From an uncultured SAR92 cluster bacterium (GTDB lineage: Bacteria > Pseudomonadota > Gammaproteobacteria > Pseudomonadales > Porticoccaceae), in NCBI GenBank assembly GCA_902515855.1, contig CABXWC010000003.1, forward strand, positions 4,289 through 68,288: a stretch of 64,000 nucleotides of DNA. The letters are read 5' to 3'. The stretch's first letter is position 1; each line of letters opens with the position of its first letter. The translations under genes and the position numbers were made by a program. Below the pieces are notes generated by a model. That model did not search any database, was not told the DNA's origin, and was given only the letters and a program-made list of their open reading frames with translations. This document shows positions 50,226 to 59,987 of this stretch, piece after piece.

Positions 50226-51047
50226 TCAATAATTCTTTTTTAAATACTTTATTACACTTTCAGTCTGTGGAGCCTTGTCTAACCAAATAGAGAATGATTC
50301 AGCGGCCTGCTCGACTAGCATACCGATTCCATCAGAAATCTCAGCCCCTCTCTTAAGACCCCAATCAAGAAATGGTGTCAATGAGTTCGAATAAGCTAAA
50401 TCATAACAAAAAAACTCATCCTCACTTATTATCTGATCAGACAGAAAAACAGCTTCATTGTTCAAACTTGCACTAGTGGCATTAATAATAATATCAAACG
50501 GAGCCTCTTTATTTACATTGTTCAGAGAACATCCACTCACATTATGTAAACTCTTAAAATGAGAAAGCAACGACAAAACTTTGCCAGGAGTTCGATTAGC
50601 AATAACTATTTGGCTTGGATTGAGGCTAAACAAGCTTCTTAAAATACCTCGTGTAGCTCCTCCAGCTCCTATGATTAACACCCTTTTATTGCTTATGTTC
50701 CACTTTAAATTTTTCACTAAATCAACCTTTAAACCTAAACCATCAGTATTATCGCCACATAGGTTGCCGTTATAGTCCTTTTTAATCGTATTCACCGAGC
50801 CAGCTTCTAATGATCTTTCGCTCAAATTACTTAAAAAGCGATAAGCCTCTTGTTTAAAAGGAACGGTGATATTGAGGCCCATACCTCCATCGTCAAAGAA
50901 CTTTTCTACCTCGGCTACAAATTCATGCTTATTAATCAAGCATTTTTCATAACAAATTTCAAAACCAAACTGCTCGGCAAACAATGAATGTATTATCGGG
51001 GAATAGCTATGTTCTATAGGATTACCGAATACGGCAAATCTTTTCAT
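50226..51047 (-). CDS. aroE: Shikimate dehydrogenase
   Basis: 273 aa from ATG 51047 ([17 protein letters not shown]). NITVPFK, NTD and GAGGA. The start overlaps the hemF stop (ATGA at 51044-51047). The track start at 51059 is less likely. Confidence 0.9.
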   Translation of the reverse strand: MKRFAVFGNPIEHSYSPIIHSLFAEQFGFEICYEKCLINKHEFVAEVEKFFDDGGMGLNITVPFKQEAYRFLSNLSERSLEAGSVNTIKKDYNGNLCGDNTDGLGLKVDLVKNLKWNISNKRVLIIGAGGATRGILRSLFSLNPSQIVIANRTPGKVLSLLSHFKSLHNVSGCSLNNVNKEAPFDIIINATSASLNNEAVFLSDQIISEDEFFCYDLAYSNSLTPFLDWGLKRGAEISDGIGMLVEQAAESFSIWLDKAPQTESVIKYLKKNY

Positions 51048-51943
51048 TGTTCTACCCAATTTTTAGGCTTTAAATAAAAATCATAAAGGTCTTTCTCTTT
51101 GGATCCCTCTGAAGGTTTCCAGTCATATTCCCATTTCACAAGTGGTGGCATTGACATCAGAATGGACTCCGTTCTTCCCATACTCTGCAGTCCAAACAAA
51201 GTTCCTCTATCACACAATAAATTAAATTCAACATACCTACCTCTTCGGTATAACTGAAAGTTTCTCTCACTATCTCCGTAGACTGTATTTTTTCGTCTTT
51301 TAACAATTGGCATATACGCATCAAGAAATGAGCTCCCCAAAGATCGAGTGAATTTAAAACTGTTTTCAAATCCAAGTTCATCGAAATCATCGAAAAAGAT
51401 CCCGCCGATTCCACGCGGTTCATCTCTGTGTGGGAGAAAAAAATAATCGTCACAATTTTTCTTAAGCTTTTTATATAAATCTTCCGAAAATTCATCGCAA
51501 ACTTTTTTTGCTGTACTGTGCCAATGATTGCAATCATCTGCATATCCGTAATACGGCGTTAGATCGTATCCTCCACCAAACCACCATGTCTCCGAGCTCT
51601 CTTTTTTAGCAGAGAAAAATCGGACGTTCATATGTGCAGTTGGAACGTGAGGATTTTCAGGATGAATTACGAGGGATACCCCCATCGCTTCCCAAGATGC
51701 GCCAAGTAACTCAGGTCTTTTGGCAGTGGCGGCAGAAGGCATAGTCTCGCCAAGAACATGCGAAAAATTCACACCTCCTTTTTCAATTAGATCTCCATCT
51801 GCAAAAATCCGACTCTCTCCTCCTCCACCCTCAGGTCGGTCCCATTTGTCCACGAAAAATTCCTTGTTATCCACTGATTTAAGCGCAGTAGAAATCTCGT
51901 TTTGCAGGCTTATAAAATAATTTTTAACTGCTTTTTTATCCAC
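51044..51943 (-). CDS. hemF: Oxygen-dependent coproporphyrinogen III oxidase
   Basis: 299 aa. [43 protein letters not shown] and RGRYVEFNL. Confidence 0.95.
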   Translation of the reverse strand: MDKKAVKNYFISLQNEISTALKSVDNKEFFVDKWDRPEGGGGESRIFADGDLIEKGGVNFSHVLGETMPSAATAKRPELLGASWEAMGVSLVIHPENPHVPTAHMNVRFFSAKKESSETWWFGGGYDLTPYYGYADDCNHWHSTAKKVCDEFSEDLYKKLKKNCDDYFFLPHRDEPRGIGGIFFDDFDELGFENSFKFTRSLGSSFLDAYMPIVKRRKNTVYGDSERNFQLYRRGRYVEFNLLCDRGTLFGLQSMGRTESILMSMPPLVKWEYDWKPSEGSKEKDLYDFYLKPKNWVEQ

Positions 51944-51946
51944 TAT

Positions 51947-52516
51947 TTAACCTAATCTAATAACCTTATTCGAAGTAAGTTCAATAATATCACTTACACT
52001 GCCGGGATTCCCGACATCGCCAGGGACTATGAAGTCGAGTTTGTCTCCAAAGTAATCAATCACCTGTTGTTGATTAATTGCTGGTTGAACACCCTGAGGG
52101 TTGCATGAGGTAGAGACGATCGGCCGTCCAAAATGAGAACATAGTTTTTGAGCAATTGGATGATCTGTAACTCTCACGGCAACAGACTCATGGTTTCCAC
52201 TTATCCAACAAGGGATTTCTTTGTTAGTTGGCAAAATCCATGTTGTGGGCCGCGACAGATTTTGCATAAATCTGACTCGATGTTCATCACTCAATTTCTC
52301 AATCAAATTCGCAAATTGATCATGCCGAGACCCAATTAATATTAGCCCTTTGGCCTCAGCTCTATTTTTTAACGACAAAATTCGATTTACTGCATGTCTC
52401 GAAAGAGGATCACAACCAAGCCCCCAAACTCCCTCAGTCGGATAACTTATTACTCCATTTTTTTTGAGTATATTTACTGCTTTGGTTAGCAGTGAATCCT
52501 CCTGAGCATCACTCAT
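51947..52516 (-). CDS. tsaC: L-threonylcarbamoyladenylate synthase (type 1 TsaC/YrdC)
   Basis: 189 aa. VISYPTEGVWGLGCDP, L.LK.R...KGLIL and STS.N..G. Confidence 0.85.
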   Translation of the reverse strand: MSDAQEDSLLTKAVNILKKNGVISYPTEGVWGLGCDPLSRHAVNRILSLKNRAEAKGLILIGSRHDQFANLIEKLSDEHRVRFMQNLSRPTTWILPTNKEIPCWISGNHESVAVRVTDHPIAQKLCSHFGRPIVSTSCNPQGVQPAINQQQVIDYFGDKLDFIVPGDVGNPGSVSDIIELTSNKVIRLG

Positions 52517-52526
52517 ATAAAACTAT

Positions 52527-53030
52527 TTACTTTTTTAAAGATTCTTGCAGGGCTGCATCCTTAGCAATGATAGAGGCCGCATTATCAGCCCTCTCTTTTA
52601 TGAGCTTTTGGTGCATTCCTGGATCAGAAACGCCTATGATCTGCGCTGCAAGGTAAGCTGCATTTCTGGCTCCTGCCTTACCAATTGCAACTGTTGCCAC
52701 TGGTATCCCACCTGGCATTTGAACTGTCGATAAAAGTGAGTCTAAACCATCCAGAGATCCATTTATAGGCACTCCAATAACAGGCTTCAAGGTGGTCGCC
52801 GAGACTGCGCCAGCCAGATGCGCGGCCATTCCCGCAGCGCAAATAAAAGCTACACAACCTCTCTGATCAGCATCAGTTACAAAATCATGTGTTGCTTTTG
52901 GTGTCCTGTGTGCAGAAGTAACCTTTACTTCAAAGGGAATCTCAAACTTACGTAAAATCTCAAAACTCGCCTCCATAATCGGAAGATCTGAGTCAGAGCC
53001 CATTAAGACAGATACAAACGGTTGTGACAT
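52527..53030 (-). CDS. purE: N5-carboxyaminoimidazole ribonucleotide mutase
   Basis: 167 aa. VLMGSDSD, SAHRTP, AGMAAHLAG and PVIGVP. Confidence 0.95.
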   Translation of the reverse strand: MSQPFVSVLMGSDSDLPIMEASFEILRKFEIPFEVKVTSAHRTPKATHDFVTDADQRGCVAFICAAGMAAHLAGAVSATTLKPVIGVPINGSLDGLDSLLSTVQMPGGIPVATVAIGKAGARNAAYLAAQIIGVSDPGMHQKLIKERADNAASIIAKDAALQESLKK

Positions 53031-53222
53031 AACATTTACCTCTCAAAAGAGTGGAGACTACCTTATAGAATATGCTTCTGCAACAAAGAAAATTAACATG
53101 GTTTTTAGCCCTCAAAAAGTTGTTTGGAGATAACTTTCAATCCCGATTGGTATGGCATCGGTATATTTCCATACTATATAATGAAGGGGTTTCTTTGTTG
53201 CTTAAGGTAAATCCCAAGAATC

Positions 53223-53723
53223 ATGTCAATACTTCAAATTCTCAAGTATCCTAACCCTAATCTCAGGCAACAGGCAAAGACTGTAAAAAAGTTTGATCAA
53301 AATCTAAAATTAACAATAGATGATATGTTGGAGACAATGAAGGACGCCAGAGGGATAGGTTTAGCGGCTACCCAAGTGGATATCCATTCAAGAATAATTG
53401 TTATAGACCTCTCTGAAGATTATTCAGACCCACAAATATTTATCAATCCAGAAATGTCCATAGTCGACGAAACTCTGTCCGCATATACTGAAGGATGTCT
53501 CTCAATACCTGGAGTTCAAGAAAATATTGAAAGACCATCCGTCGTTATCATCACTGCTTCTGATGCTAATGGTGATATTTTTAAAGCAGAGTACGCAGGT
53601 TTGATGGCGACATGTATCCAACATGAAATTGACCACCTCAATGGGAAATTGTTTGTTGACTACCTCTCCCCACTAAAAAGGCAATTAATTCGAAAGAAAA
53701 TGAAGAAAAATAAAGCAAACTGA
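53223..53723 (+). CDS. def: Peptide deformylase
   Basis: 166 aa. GIGLAATQV, EGCLS and HEIDHL metal-site motifs. Confidence 0.95.
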   Translation: MSILQILKYPNPNLRQQAKTVKKFDQNLKLTIDDMLETMKDARGIGLAATQVDIHSRIIVIDLSEDYSDPQIFINPEMSIVDETLSAYTEGCLSIPGVQENIERPSVVIITASDANGDIFKAEYAGLMATCIQHEIDHLNGKLFVDYLSPLKRQLIRKKMKKNKAN

Positions 53724-53734
53724 GAGATTGAAAT

Positions 53735-54688
53735 TTGAAAATAATTTTTGCCGGAACACCTCCTTTTGCGGCTGAGCACTTAAAAACGCTATTGAAAAAT
53801 TTTCATCATGAAGTCGTTTGTATTTATACTCAACCCGATCGTCCATCAGGCAGAGGAAGAAAAAAGCTTGCAAGTCCAGTCAAGAAGGTAGCGCTAGACA
53901 ATAATCTGGCAGTGAGACAGCCCAATTCATTGAATAACTCTAATGAAATAAATTTTTTGAAAGAATTGGCCCCCGAAGTTTTGATCGTAGTTGCATATGG
54001 GCTAATTATACCAAAAGCAATTTTAGATATTCCACGCTACGGGTGCATAAACGTTCACACTTCAATCTTGCCACGGTGGAGAGGCGCAGCACCGATCCAA
54101 AGAGCTATCGAGGCGGGAGACAAGAAGTCTGGTGTTTCTATTATGCAGATGGATGCGGGTCTTGACACCGGGCCAATACTAGCTACTAGTGAATGTGATA
54201 TTGATACTAACGATTCCGCTGGAAGCCTCGAATCAAAAATGATGTCTCTAGGACCAACGCTACTTCTAAAAGTTTTAACTAAAATAAAACTAAATGACTT
54301 GGCTCCTACCAGTCAAAACAAATTTGAGGTTAGTTACGCACATAAAATAAATAAAAATGAGTGCCAAATAAACTGGTTCGACAGCGCTATGACTCTTGAG
54401 AGAAGAATTCGAGCATTCAATCCAACTTCTGTAATGTTTTCAAACTTTAAAAATATACGATTAAAAGTGTGGGTCGCAAAAGCCATAGATCTAACGGAAT
54501 GTTCGAGTGAAACCGCTAAACCGGGTGAAATATTATCGGCAAATAACGAGGGTCTGCTTGTGCAATGTAATATCGGTAAATTACTTATAACCAATATACA
54601 AATGCCTGGAAAAACAAAAATGTCATTCAAAGAAATTTTGAAATCAAGAAAATCTTTTTTCACTGTTGGATGTGTTTTTGAAAACTAA
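53735..54688 (+). CDS. fmt: Methionyl-tRNA formyltransferase
   Basis: 317 aa. (M)KIIFAGTP.FA, TQPDRP.GRG, N.H.S.LPRWRGAAPI and the SLGP-type SLESKM region. TTG start. It follows def. Confidence 0.95.
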   Translation: MKIIFAGTPPFAAEHLKTLLKNFHHEVVCIYTQPDRPSGRGRKKLASPVKKVALDNNLAVRQPNSLNNSNEINFLKELAPEVLIVVAYGLIIPKAILDIPRYGCINVHTSILPRWRGAAPIQRAIEAGDKKSGVSIMQMDAGLDTGPILATSECDIDTNDSAGSLESKMMSLGPTLLLKVLTKIKLNDLAPTSQNKFEVSYAHKINKNECQINWFDSAMTLERRIRAFNPTSVMFSNFKNIRLKVWVAKAIDLTECSSETAKPGEILSANNEGLLVQCNIGKLLITNIQMPGKTKMSFKEILKSRKSFFTVGCVFEN

Positions 54689-54713
54689 AACATTTAATAA
54701 AGCAATCCCCTCA

Positions 54714-56003
54714 ATGAGAGCCTCCTCAGCCCGTGTTATATCTAATGTTCTAAATGGAAAATCCTTAACTGAGAGTCTCAGTGAAATCAAAACAAAAGTA
54801 GCGATAAAAGATCAGGCAATGTTGCAAGAAATTTGTTTCGGGTGCACAAGATGGCATATACAAATTGAGGCGATCCTCAATAAACTAATGCGCAAGTCAT
54901 TAGCATTAAAACAACCTATTATTCATGCCCTCTTAACGGTGGGAATTTATCAATTGATGCGGATGAGAATTCAAAGCCATGCGATTATTAATGAAACTGT
55001 AGCGGCTTGTGACGACATTAAGAGAAGTTGGGCGAAAGGTTTGGTGAATGCTGTATTAAGGGAGTTTCAGCGAAATGAGAAAAAAATATTAGCATCTTTA
55101 AATACTGATATCACGATTCAAGAAAGTCATCCTGAGTGGTTAGTTATCAAGTTTAAGCGCGCTTGGGGGGAGGCAAGGGCAAAGAAAATAATAAGCAATA
55201 ATAATATCCCAGGTCCATTAGTATTACGTACAAATAACCAATTTGGTGATAGAGAAAGTTACCTAAAAACATTAGATAAGCTCTCTATTAAATCAATTAG
55301 TACAAAATATAGCCCCGTTGGAATTCGCATCATTGAACCTATCCCTATTGATACAGTTCCCAATTTTGGTGATGGAGCGGTAAGCGTCCAAGATGAAGCT
55401 GCTCAGTTTGCAGCTCCCCTCTTAGATATAAAGAGTGGGCAGTTAGTTCTGGATGCATGCTGCGCTCCAGGCGGCAAAACATGTCATATTCTTGAACAAA
55501 AACCAAATATCAAATCCCTTTTGTCAATCGATATCAGCAAGAATAGGCTTGAAAAAGTTAAAGAAAATGCGAAGAGGCTGCGTTTAGAACCCAACTTGCT
55601 CGCAGCGGACATCTGTGATGTTGATACTTGGTGGAACAGTATACCATTTGACAGAATCTTATTAGATGCGCCTTGCTCGGGAACAGGAGTGATCAGACGA
55701 AATCCAGATATAAAGTTATTGAGAAAAGCATCTGATATAACTGATTTAGCTACTAGACAATTACAATTAATATCTGCTCTCTGGCCTACCCTGAAACAAA
55801 ATGGTGTTTTTTTATACGCAACGTGCTCCATATTGCCCGAGGAAAATGATAATGTGATTAAGGATTTTATGACTTCTCATAAAGATGCGAGTATATTAAA
55901 TATTAATGAGACCTGGGGCGTTGAAACAGAATTTGGGCGGCAACTTTTTCCTGAAGAAAAAGAGCATGACGGTTTCTACTATGCTAGATTAATTAAGCTA
56001 TAA
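54714..56003 (+). CDS. rsmB: 16S rRNA (cytosine967-C5)-methyltransferase
   Basis: 429 aa from ATG 54714 (MRASSARVISNV). NusB-like N-terminal domain, SAM fold (DACCAPGGKT), DAPCSGTGV.RR.PD and YATCS. The track TTG at 54666 overlaps fmt. Confidence 0.85.
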   Translation: MRASSARVISNVLNGKSLTESLSEIKTKVAIKDQAMLQEICFGCTRWHIQIEAILNKLMRKSLALKQPIIHALLTVGIYQLMRMRIQSHAIINETVAACDDIKRSWAKGLVNAVLREFQRNEKKILASLNTDITIQESHPEWLVIKFKRAWGEARAKKIISNNNIPGPLVLRTNNQFGDRESYLKTLDKLSIKSISTKYSPVGIRIIEPIPIDTVPNFGDGAVSVQDEAAQFAAPLLDIKSGQLVLDACCAPGGKTCHILEQKPNIKSLLSIDISKNRLEKVKENAKRLRLEPNLLAADICDVDTWWNSIPFDRILLDAPCSGTGVIRRNPDIKLLRKASDITDLATRQLQLISALWPTLKQNGVFLYATCSILPEENDNVIKDFMTSHKDASILNINETWGVETEFGRQLFPEEKEHDGFYYARLIKL

Positions 56004-56016
56004 TCAATCGAAGAAA

Positions 56017-57399
56017 ATGAAAATTATAATTATAGGCGCGGGACAGGTGGGATCAACCTTGGCAGAAAACTTAGCCAGGGAATACCATGATATCACCCTA
56101 ATTGACCTCGATGAGACTCGTCTCCAATTCATTCAAGATCATCATGATATTCGAACAGTAACGGGCACTGGTTGTCATCCAGACATTTTACTCGCTGCCG
56201 GGATTGAGGATGCTGATATGCTGGTCTCAGTCACGAATAGTGATGAAATAAACATAGTCGCTTGCCAAGTCGCTCATTCTATTTTCGATACTCCCAAAAA
56301 AATAGCAAGAATACGGGCGAGAAACTACTTTAATAAAGACTACAAGGATTTGCTTTTTTCTGACAGCAATATGCCTGTTGATGTCCTAATTGCACCAGAG
56401 CAGGCTGTAACAGACTATGTTAGAAAGTTAGTCGAGCAACCTGGCGCTCTTCAGGTACTTGATTTTGCTGATGGGGTAATCCGAATGATCGGTATGAGAG
56501 CAACAAAAAACAGCCCTCTGGTAGATCAGAAACTCAAAACACTCAAAGAACATGTCCCAAAAGCTGACGCCCGAGTAGCAGCTATTTACCGTCGAAATAA
56601 AGCGATCGTTCCTTCGGGTGAAACGATTATCGAGGATGGTGACGAGGTATTCTTTATAGCTGCAAAGAAAAATATTAAGAAAGTAATGAGTGAACTTAGA
56701 AAAGCAGAAAGACCTTATAAACGTATTATAATAGCAGGGGGCGGAAATATTGGTTATCGGTTAGCTGTTGCGCTGGAAAGTTCACTGAACATTAAAATAA
56801 TAGAAGTGAATTTAGAACGAGCAACTTTTTTGTCTGAACAGTTAAACCATACCGTAGTATTGAGTGGGTCGGCCTCTGACCAAGAATTACTCCTTGACGA
56901 AAACATAGATAAAACAGATGTATTTATCGCGCTTACAAATGATGACGAAGTAAACATTATGGCATCTTTACTCGCAAAACGATTAGGTGCCAAAAAGGTG
57001 ATGACACTAATAACAAATCCCGTTTACGCTAATTTAATGCAGGGTGGTGAAATTGATGTCGCAATCTCACCTCAATTGGCAACTACAAGCTCAGTTCTAG
57101 CGCATGTGAGAAAAGGAGACACTGGAGTTGTCCACTCCCTTAGGAGAGGCGCCGCTGAGGCGCTAGAGTTTATTGTTCATGGTGATGTTAATAATTCAAA
57201 AGTTGTTGGAAAAGAGATTGGAAACCTGGTCATGCCAGTTGGAACAACCGTCGCTGCGCTCGTCAGAGACAGTGAAGTGATCATAGCCCATCACGATGTA
57301 ATCATAAAAAATAATGATCATGTAATAGTTGTGGTAATCAATAAAAATAAAACAAAAGCTGTTGAAAAACTTTTCGCAGCTGAACCCAATCTATTCTGA
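56017..57399 (+). CDS. trkA: Trk potassium uptake system protein TrkA
   Basis: 460 aa. Two RCK/NAD-binding halves (MKIIIIGAGQVG and IIIAGGGNIG). Confidence 0.95.
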   Translation: MKIIIIGAGQVGSTLAENLAREYHDITLIDLDETRLQFIQDHHDIRTVTGTGCHPDILLAAGIEDADMLVSVTNSDEINIVACQVAHSIFDTPKKIARIRARNYFNKDYKDLLFSDSNMPVDVLIAPEQAVTDYVRKLVEQPGALQVLDFADGVIRMIGMRATKNSPLVDQKLKTLKEHVPKADARVAAIYRRNKAIVPSGETIIEDGDEVFFIAAKKNIKKVMSELRKAERPYKRIIIAGGGNIGYRLAVALESSLNIKIIEVNLERATFLSEQLNHTVVLSGSASDQELLLDENIDKTDVFIALTNDDEVNIMASLLAKRLGAKKVMTLITNPVYANLMQGGEIDVAISPQLATTSSVLAHVRKGDTGVVHSLRRGAAEALEFIVHGDVNNSKVVGKEIGNLVMPVGTTVAALVRDSEVIIAHHDVIIKNNDHVIVVVINKNKTKAVEKLFAAEPNLF

Positions 57400-57412
57400 G
57401 ATCCAATATAAA

Positions 57413-58861
57413 ATGCACTTAGCCTTCGTAGCACGAATTCTAGGAATGATGTTGATGGTATTCAGCGCCAGCATGCTAGTTCCAATTATTTTTGCAACAA
57501 TATATCAAGAAAATACATTGCCAATGTTTTTTCTCGCTTTCACGATAACGATATTCATAGGCTTCATTCTTTGGTTCCCATCAAGAAACATGAATGGTGA
57601 GCTTCGCATTAGAGATGGCTTCATAGTAACCGTGCTTTTTTGGCTGGTCTTGAGTGCATTCGGCGCTCTACCTTTCGCATTATTAGAAGAAACCAAACTA
57701 TCTTTTATAGATGCAATTTTTGAATCTATCTCGGGATTGACTACAACGGGAGCAACCATATTTACTCAAATAGAAGACCTTCCTAAGTCTGTGCTTTATT
57801 ATCGCCAGCAGCTCCAATGGCTGGGCGGTATCGGAATAGTGGTCATAGCGGTCTCTATCCTCCCAATGATTGGCGTGGGAGGAATGCAAATCTACAAAGC
57901 TGAAACGCCTGGGCCTGTGAAGGACACCAAGCTTACACCACGAATTGCAGAAACAGCGAACGCGCTTTTTAAGATTTACGTGTTTTTAACTGTTTTGTGT
58001 ACTCTTGCATATTGGTCAGTTGGAATGGATTGGTTTGATGCGATTTCTCACAGCTTCTCTACGATATCAATTGGCGGTTTTTCAACATATGACGATAGCT
58101 TGGCACATTTTAATAATAACAATATTCTAATAATCGCGTCGGTGTTTATGATTATTTCAGGATTAAATTTTGCACTCCACTATACAGCCTGGCATTCAAA
58201 AGATATAAAATCATATACCTCTGACCCCGAAGCAAAGCTATTTGTACTGGTAATATTTTTCGGTGTATTAGTCACAACATATTATCTCTATGTCACAAAA
58301 GCTCTAAATGGAGGAGATATCTTTTACTTAGGAATTTTTCAATTAGTTTCAATCTTAACGACAACAGGCTTCACCGCAACTGATTTTCACTTATGGCCAA
58401 GCTTTCTGCCATTTTTCCTCATTACACTCTCGTTTTTTGGAGCTTGCGCTGGATCAACAGGTGGTGGAATCAAAATGGGAAGAATTCTCATCATGGGCCA
58501 ACAGATTAGTAGAGAGATTTATCGGCTCATTCATCCAAACGCTTTGCTCCCAATAAAAACAAAAAAACATAGAATTCCAGAGCGTGTGACTGATGGAATT
58601 TGGGCCTTTTTTGGTGTCTATTTCCTTATCTTTTATGCGATGGTGCTTTTGCTACTGGCCAACGATTTAGATTACGTAACCGCATGGTCTGCTACAGCTG
58701 CCTCTTTCAATAATTTGGGCCCTGGGTTAGGTGATGTCGCTAAAAATTATGCGGATCTAAATACTGCAAGTAAGGCAATTTTATGCTCAGGAATGCTGCT
58801 TGGAAGGCTTGAAGTTTTTACTCTTCTAGTCCTCTTATCACCCACATTTTGGAGAAATTAA
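57413..58861 (+). CDS. trkH: Trk system potassium uptake protein TrkH
   Basis: 482 aa from ATG 57413. Polytopic, with repeated selectivity-filter-like segments (TTTGAT, SIGGFST, TTTGFT, GSTGGGIK). Confidence 0.9.
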   Translation: MHLAFVARILGMMLMVFSASMLVPIIFATIYQENTLPMFFLAFTITIFIGFILWFPSRNMNGELRIRDGFIVTVLFWLVLSAFGALPFALLEETKLSFIDAIFESISGLTTTGATIFTQIEDLPKSVLYYRQQLQWLGGIGIVVIAVSILPMIGVGGMQIYKAETPGPVKDTKLTPRIAETANALFKIYVFLTVLCTLAYWSVGMDWFDAISHSFSTISIGGFSTYDDSLAHFNNNNILIIASVFMIISGLNFALHYTAWHSKDIKSYTSDPEAKLFVLVIFFGVLVTTYYLYVTKALNGGDIFYLGIFQLVSILTTTGFTATDFHLWPSFLPFFLITLSFFGACAGSTGGGIKMGRILIMGQQISREIYRLIHPNALLPIKTKKHRIPERVTDGIWAFFGVYFLIFYAMVLLLLANDLDYVTAWSATAASFNNLGPGLGDVAKNYADLNTASKAILCSGMLLGRLEVFTLLVLLSPTFWRN

Positions 58862-58874
58862 TCTTAGTAAAGAT

Positions 58875-59963
58875 TTATTGACTCCTGGCTTCATAGTACG
58901 CTTCCTCAGAAATAGCATGGTAAGCAGCCGCTTGTTTTTGGAAGGCTTTAATCGAAGACGCGATGCGTCCAGCAATTTCTGAATCCTCTGCGATCTCCTG
59001 GATGATTTCGTCCGATATCCGTCGTAATTCTTTGACAACATCATCGGGTAATTTTTTCAATTCAACTCCATGTTCCTCAACAAGAGTTACCAATGCTTCA
59101 TTATTCCTGGCAGTGTATTCATCAAGCACGTCTTGATTTACAGCTCTGGCCGCCGATTCAATTATTGCTTTCAGATCATCAGGAAGAGTTTGATAGGCAT
59201 CCTTATTAATTATAAGTTCAAGCGCCGGTCCAGGCTCTGACCAACCTGGATAATAATAATACTTCGCGATTTGGTGGAACCCAAAGGCCAAATCATTGTA
59301 TGGCCCTACCCATTCTAGTGCATCGATCACCCCAGTTTGCATAGCGGTATATAATTCGCCTCCAGAGATGGTTACCGCGATACCTCCAGCTCGAGTGATT
59401 ACGTCACCACCCAAACCGGGGGTCCGCATTCTAAGACCCTTGATATCCTCAATTGACTTTATCTCTTTGTTAAACCACCCCGTCATTTGAACACCAGTAT
59501 TACCAGCAGAGAAAGGAATAAGGTTAAACTCATCGTATAGCTCACGCCAAAGTTCGAGGCCACCACCATGGTGAATCCAACTACTCATTTCTTGAGCATT
59601 CAATCCAAATGGAATAGCGGTGAAAAAAGCAGCCGCCTTTGATTTTCCAGTCCAATAATACGCCGCCCCATGACCCATTTCTGCAGTTCCTTGAGATACG
59701 GCGTCAAATACCTCAAATGCAGGCACTAACTGCCCTGCGCCAAAAACTTTAATCTTCAAACGCCCTGCAGACATTGCCTCAACTTTTTTAGCAAAATTTT
59801 CAGCTCCAAGGCCCAGGCCTGGATAATTTTTAGGCCACGTGGTGACCATCTTCCACTCATAATTTTCAGTTTGAGCGGCACTTGGAGCTGATGCACTAAA
59901 TTCGTCTACATCGCTACAACCAGAAATTAAAAAAATGCTTATTATTAAGAAAATCGTTCTCAT
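58875..59963 (-). CDS. TRAP-transporter solute-binding lipoprotein (DctP superfamily, COG4663-like)
   Basis: 362 aa with the lipobox LISGCS. W.M.T.WPKN.PG, VF.AG.LVPAFE.FDAVS.G.AEM.H and KG.KMR.PG are typical of this SBP family. No dctQ or dctM gene is adjacent. Confidence 0.8.
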   Translation of the reverse strand: MRTIFLIISIFLISGCSDVDEFSASAPSAAQTENYEWKMVTTWPKNYPGLGLGAENFAKKVEAMSAGRLKIKVFGAGQLVPAFEVFDAVSQGTAEMGHGAAYYWTGKSKAAAFFTAIPFGLNAQEMSSWIHHGGGLELWRELYDEFNLIPFSAGNTGVQMTGWFNKEIKSIEDIKGLRMRTPGLGGDVITRAGGIAVTISGGELYTAMQTGVIDALEWVGPYNDLAFGFHQIAKYYYYPGWSEPGPALELIINKDAYQTLPDDLKAIIESAARAVNQDVLDEYTARNNEALVTLVEEHGVELKKLPDDVVKELRRISDEIIQEIAEDSEIAGRIASSIKAFQKQAAAYHAISEEAYYEARSQ

Positions 59964-59987
59964 GAGAACTCCCTCAAATATTTTTAT

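Noticed and set aside
53072-53254. 60-aa + ORF in the purE/def intergenic region
   Set aside because: It overlaps the def start out of frame and has no family resemblance. The region holds the divergent promoters.
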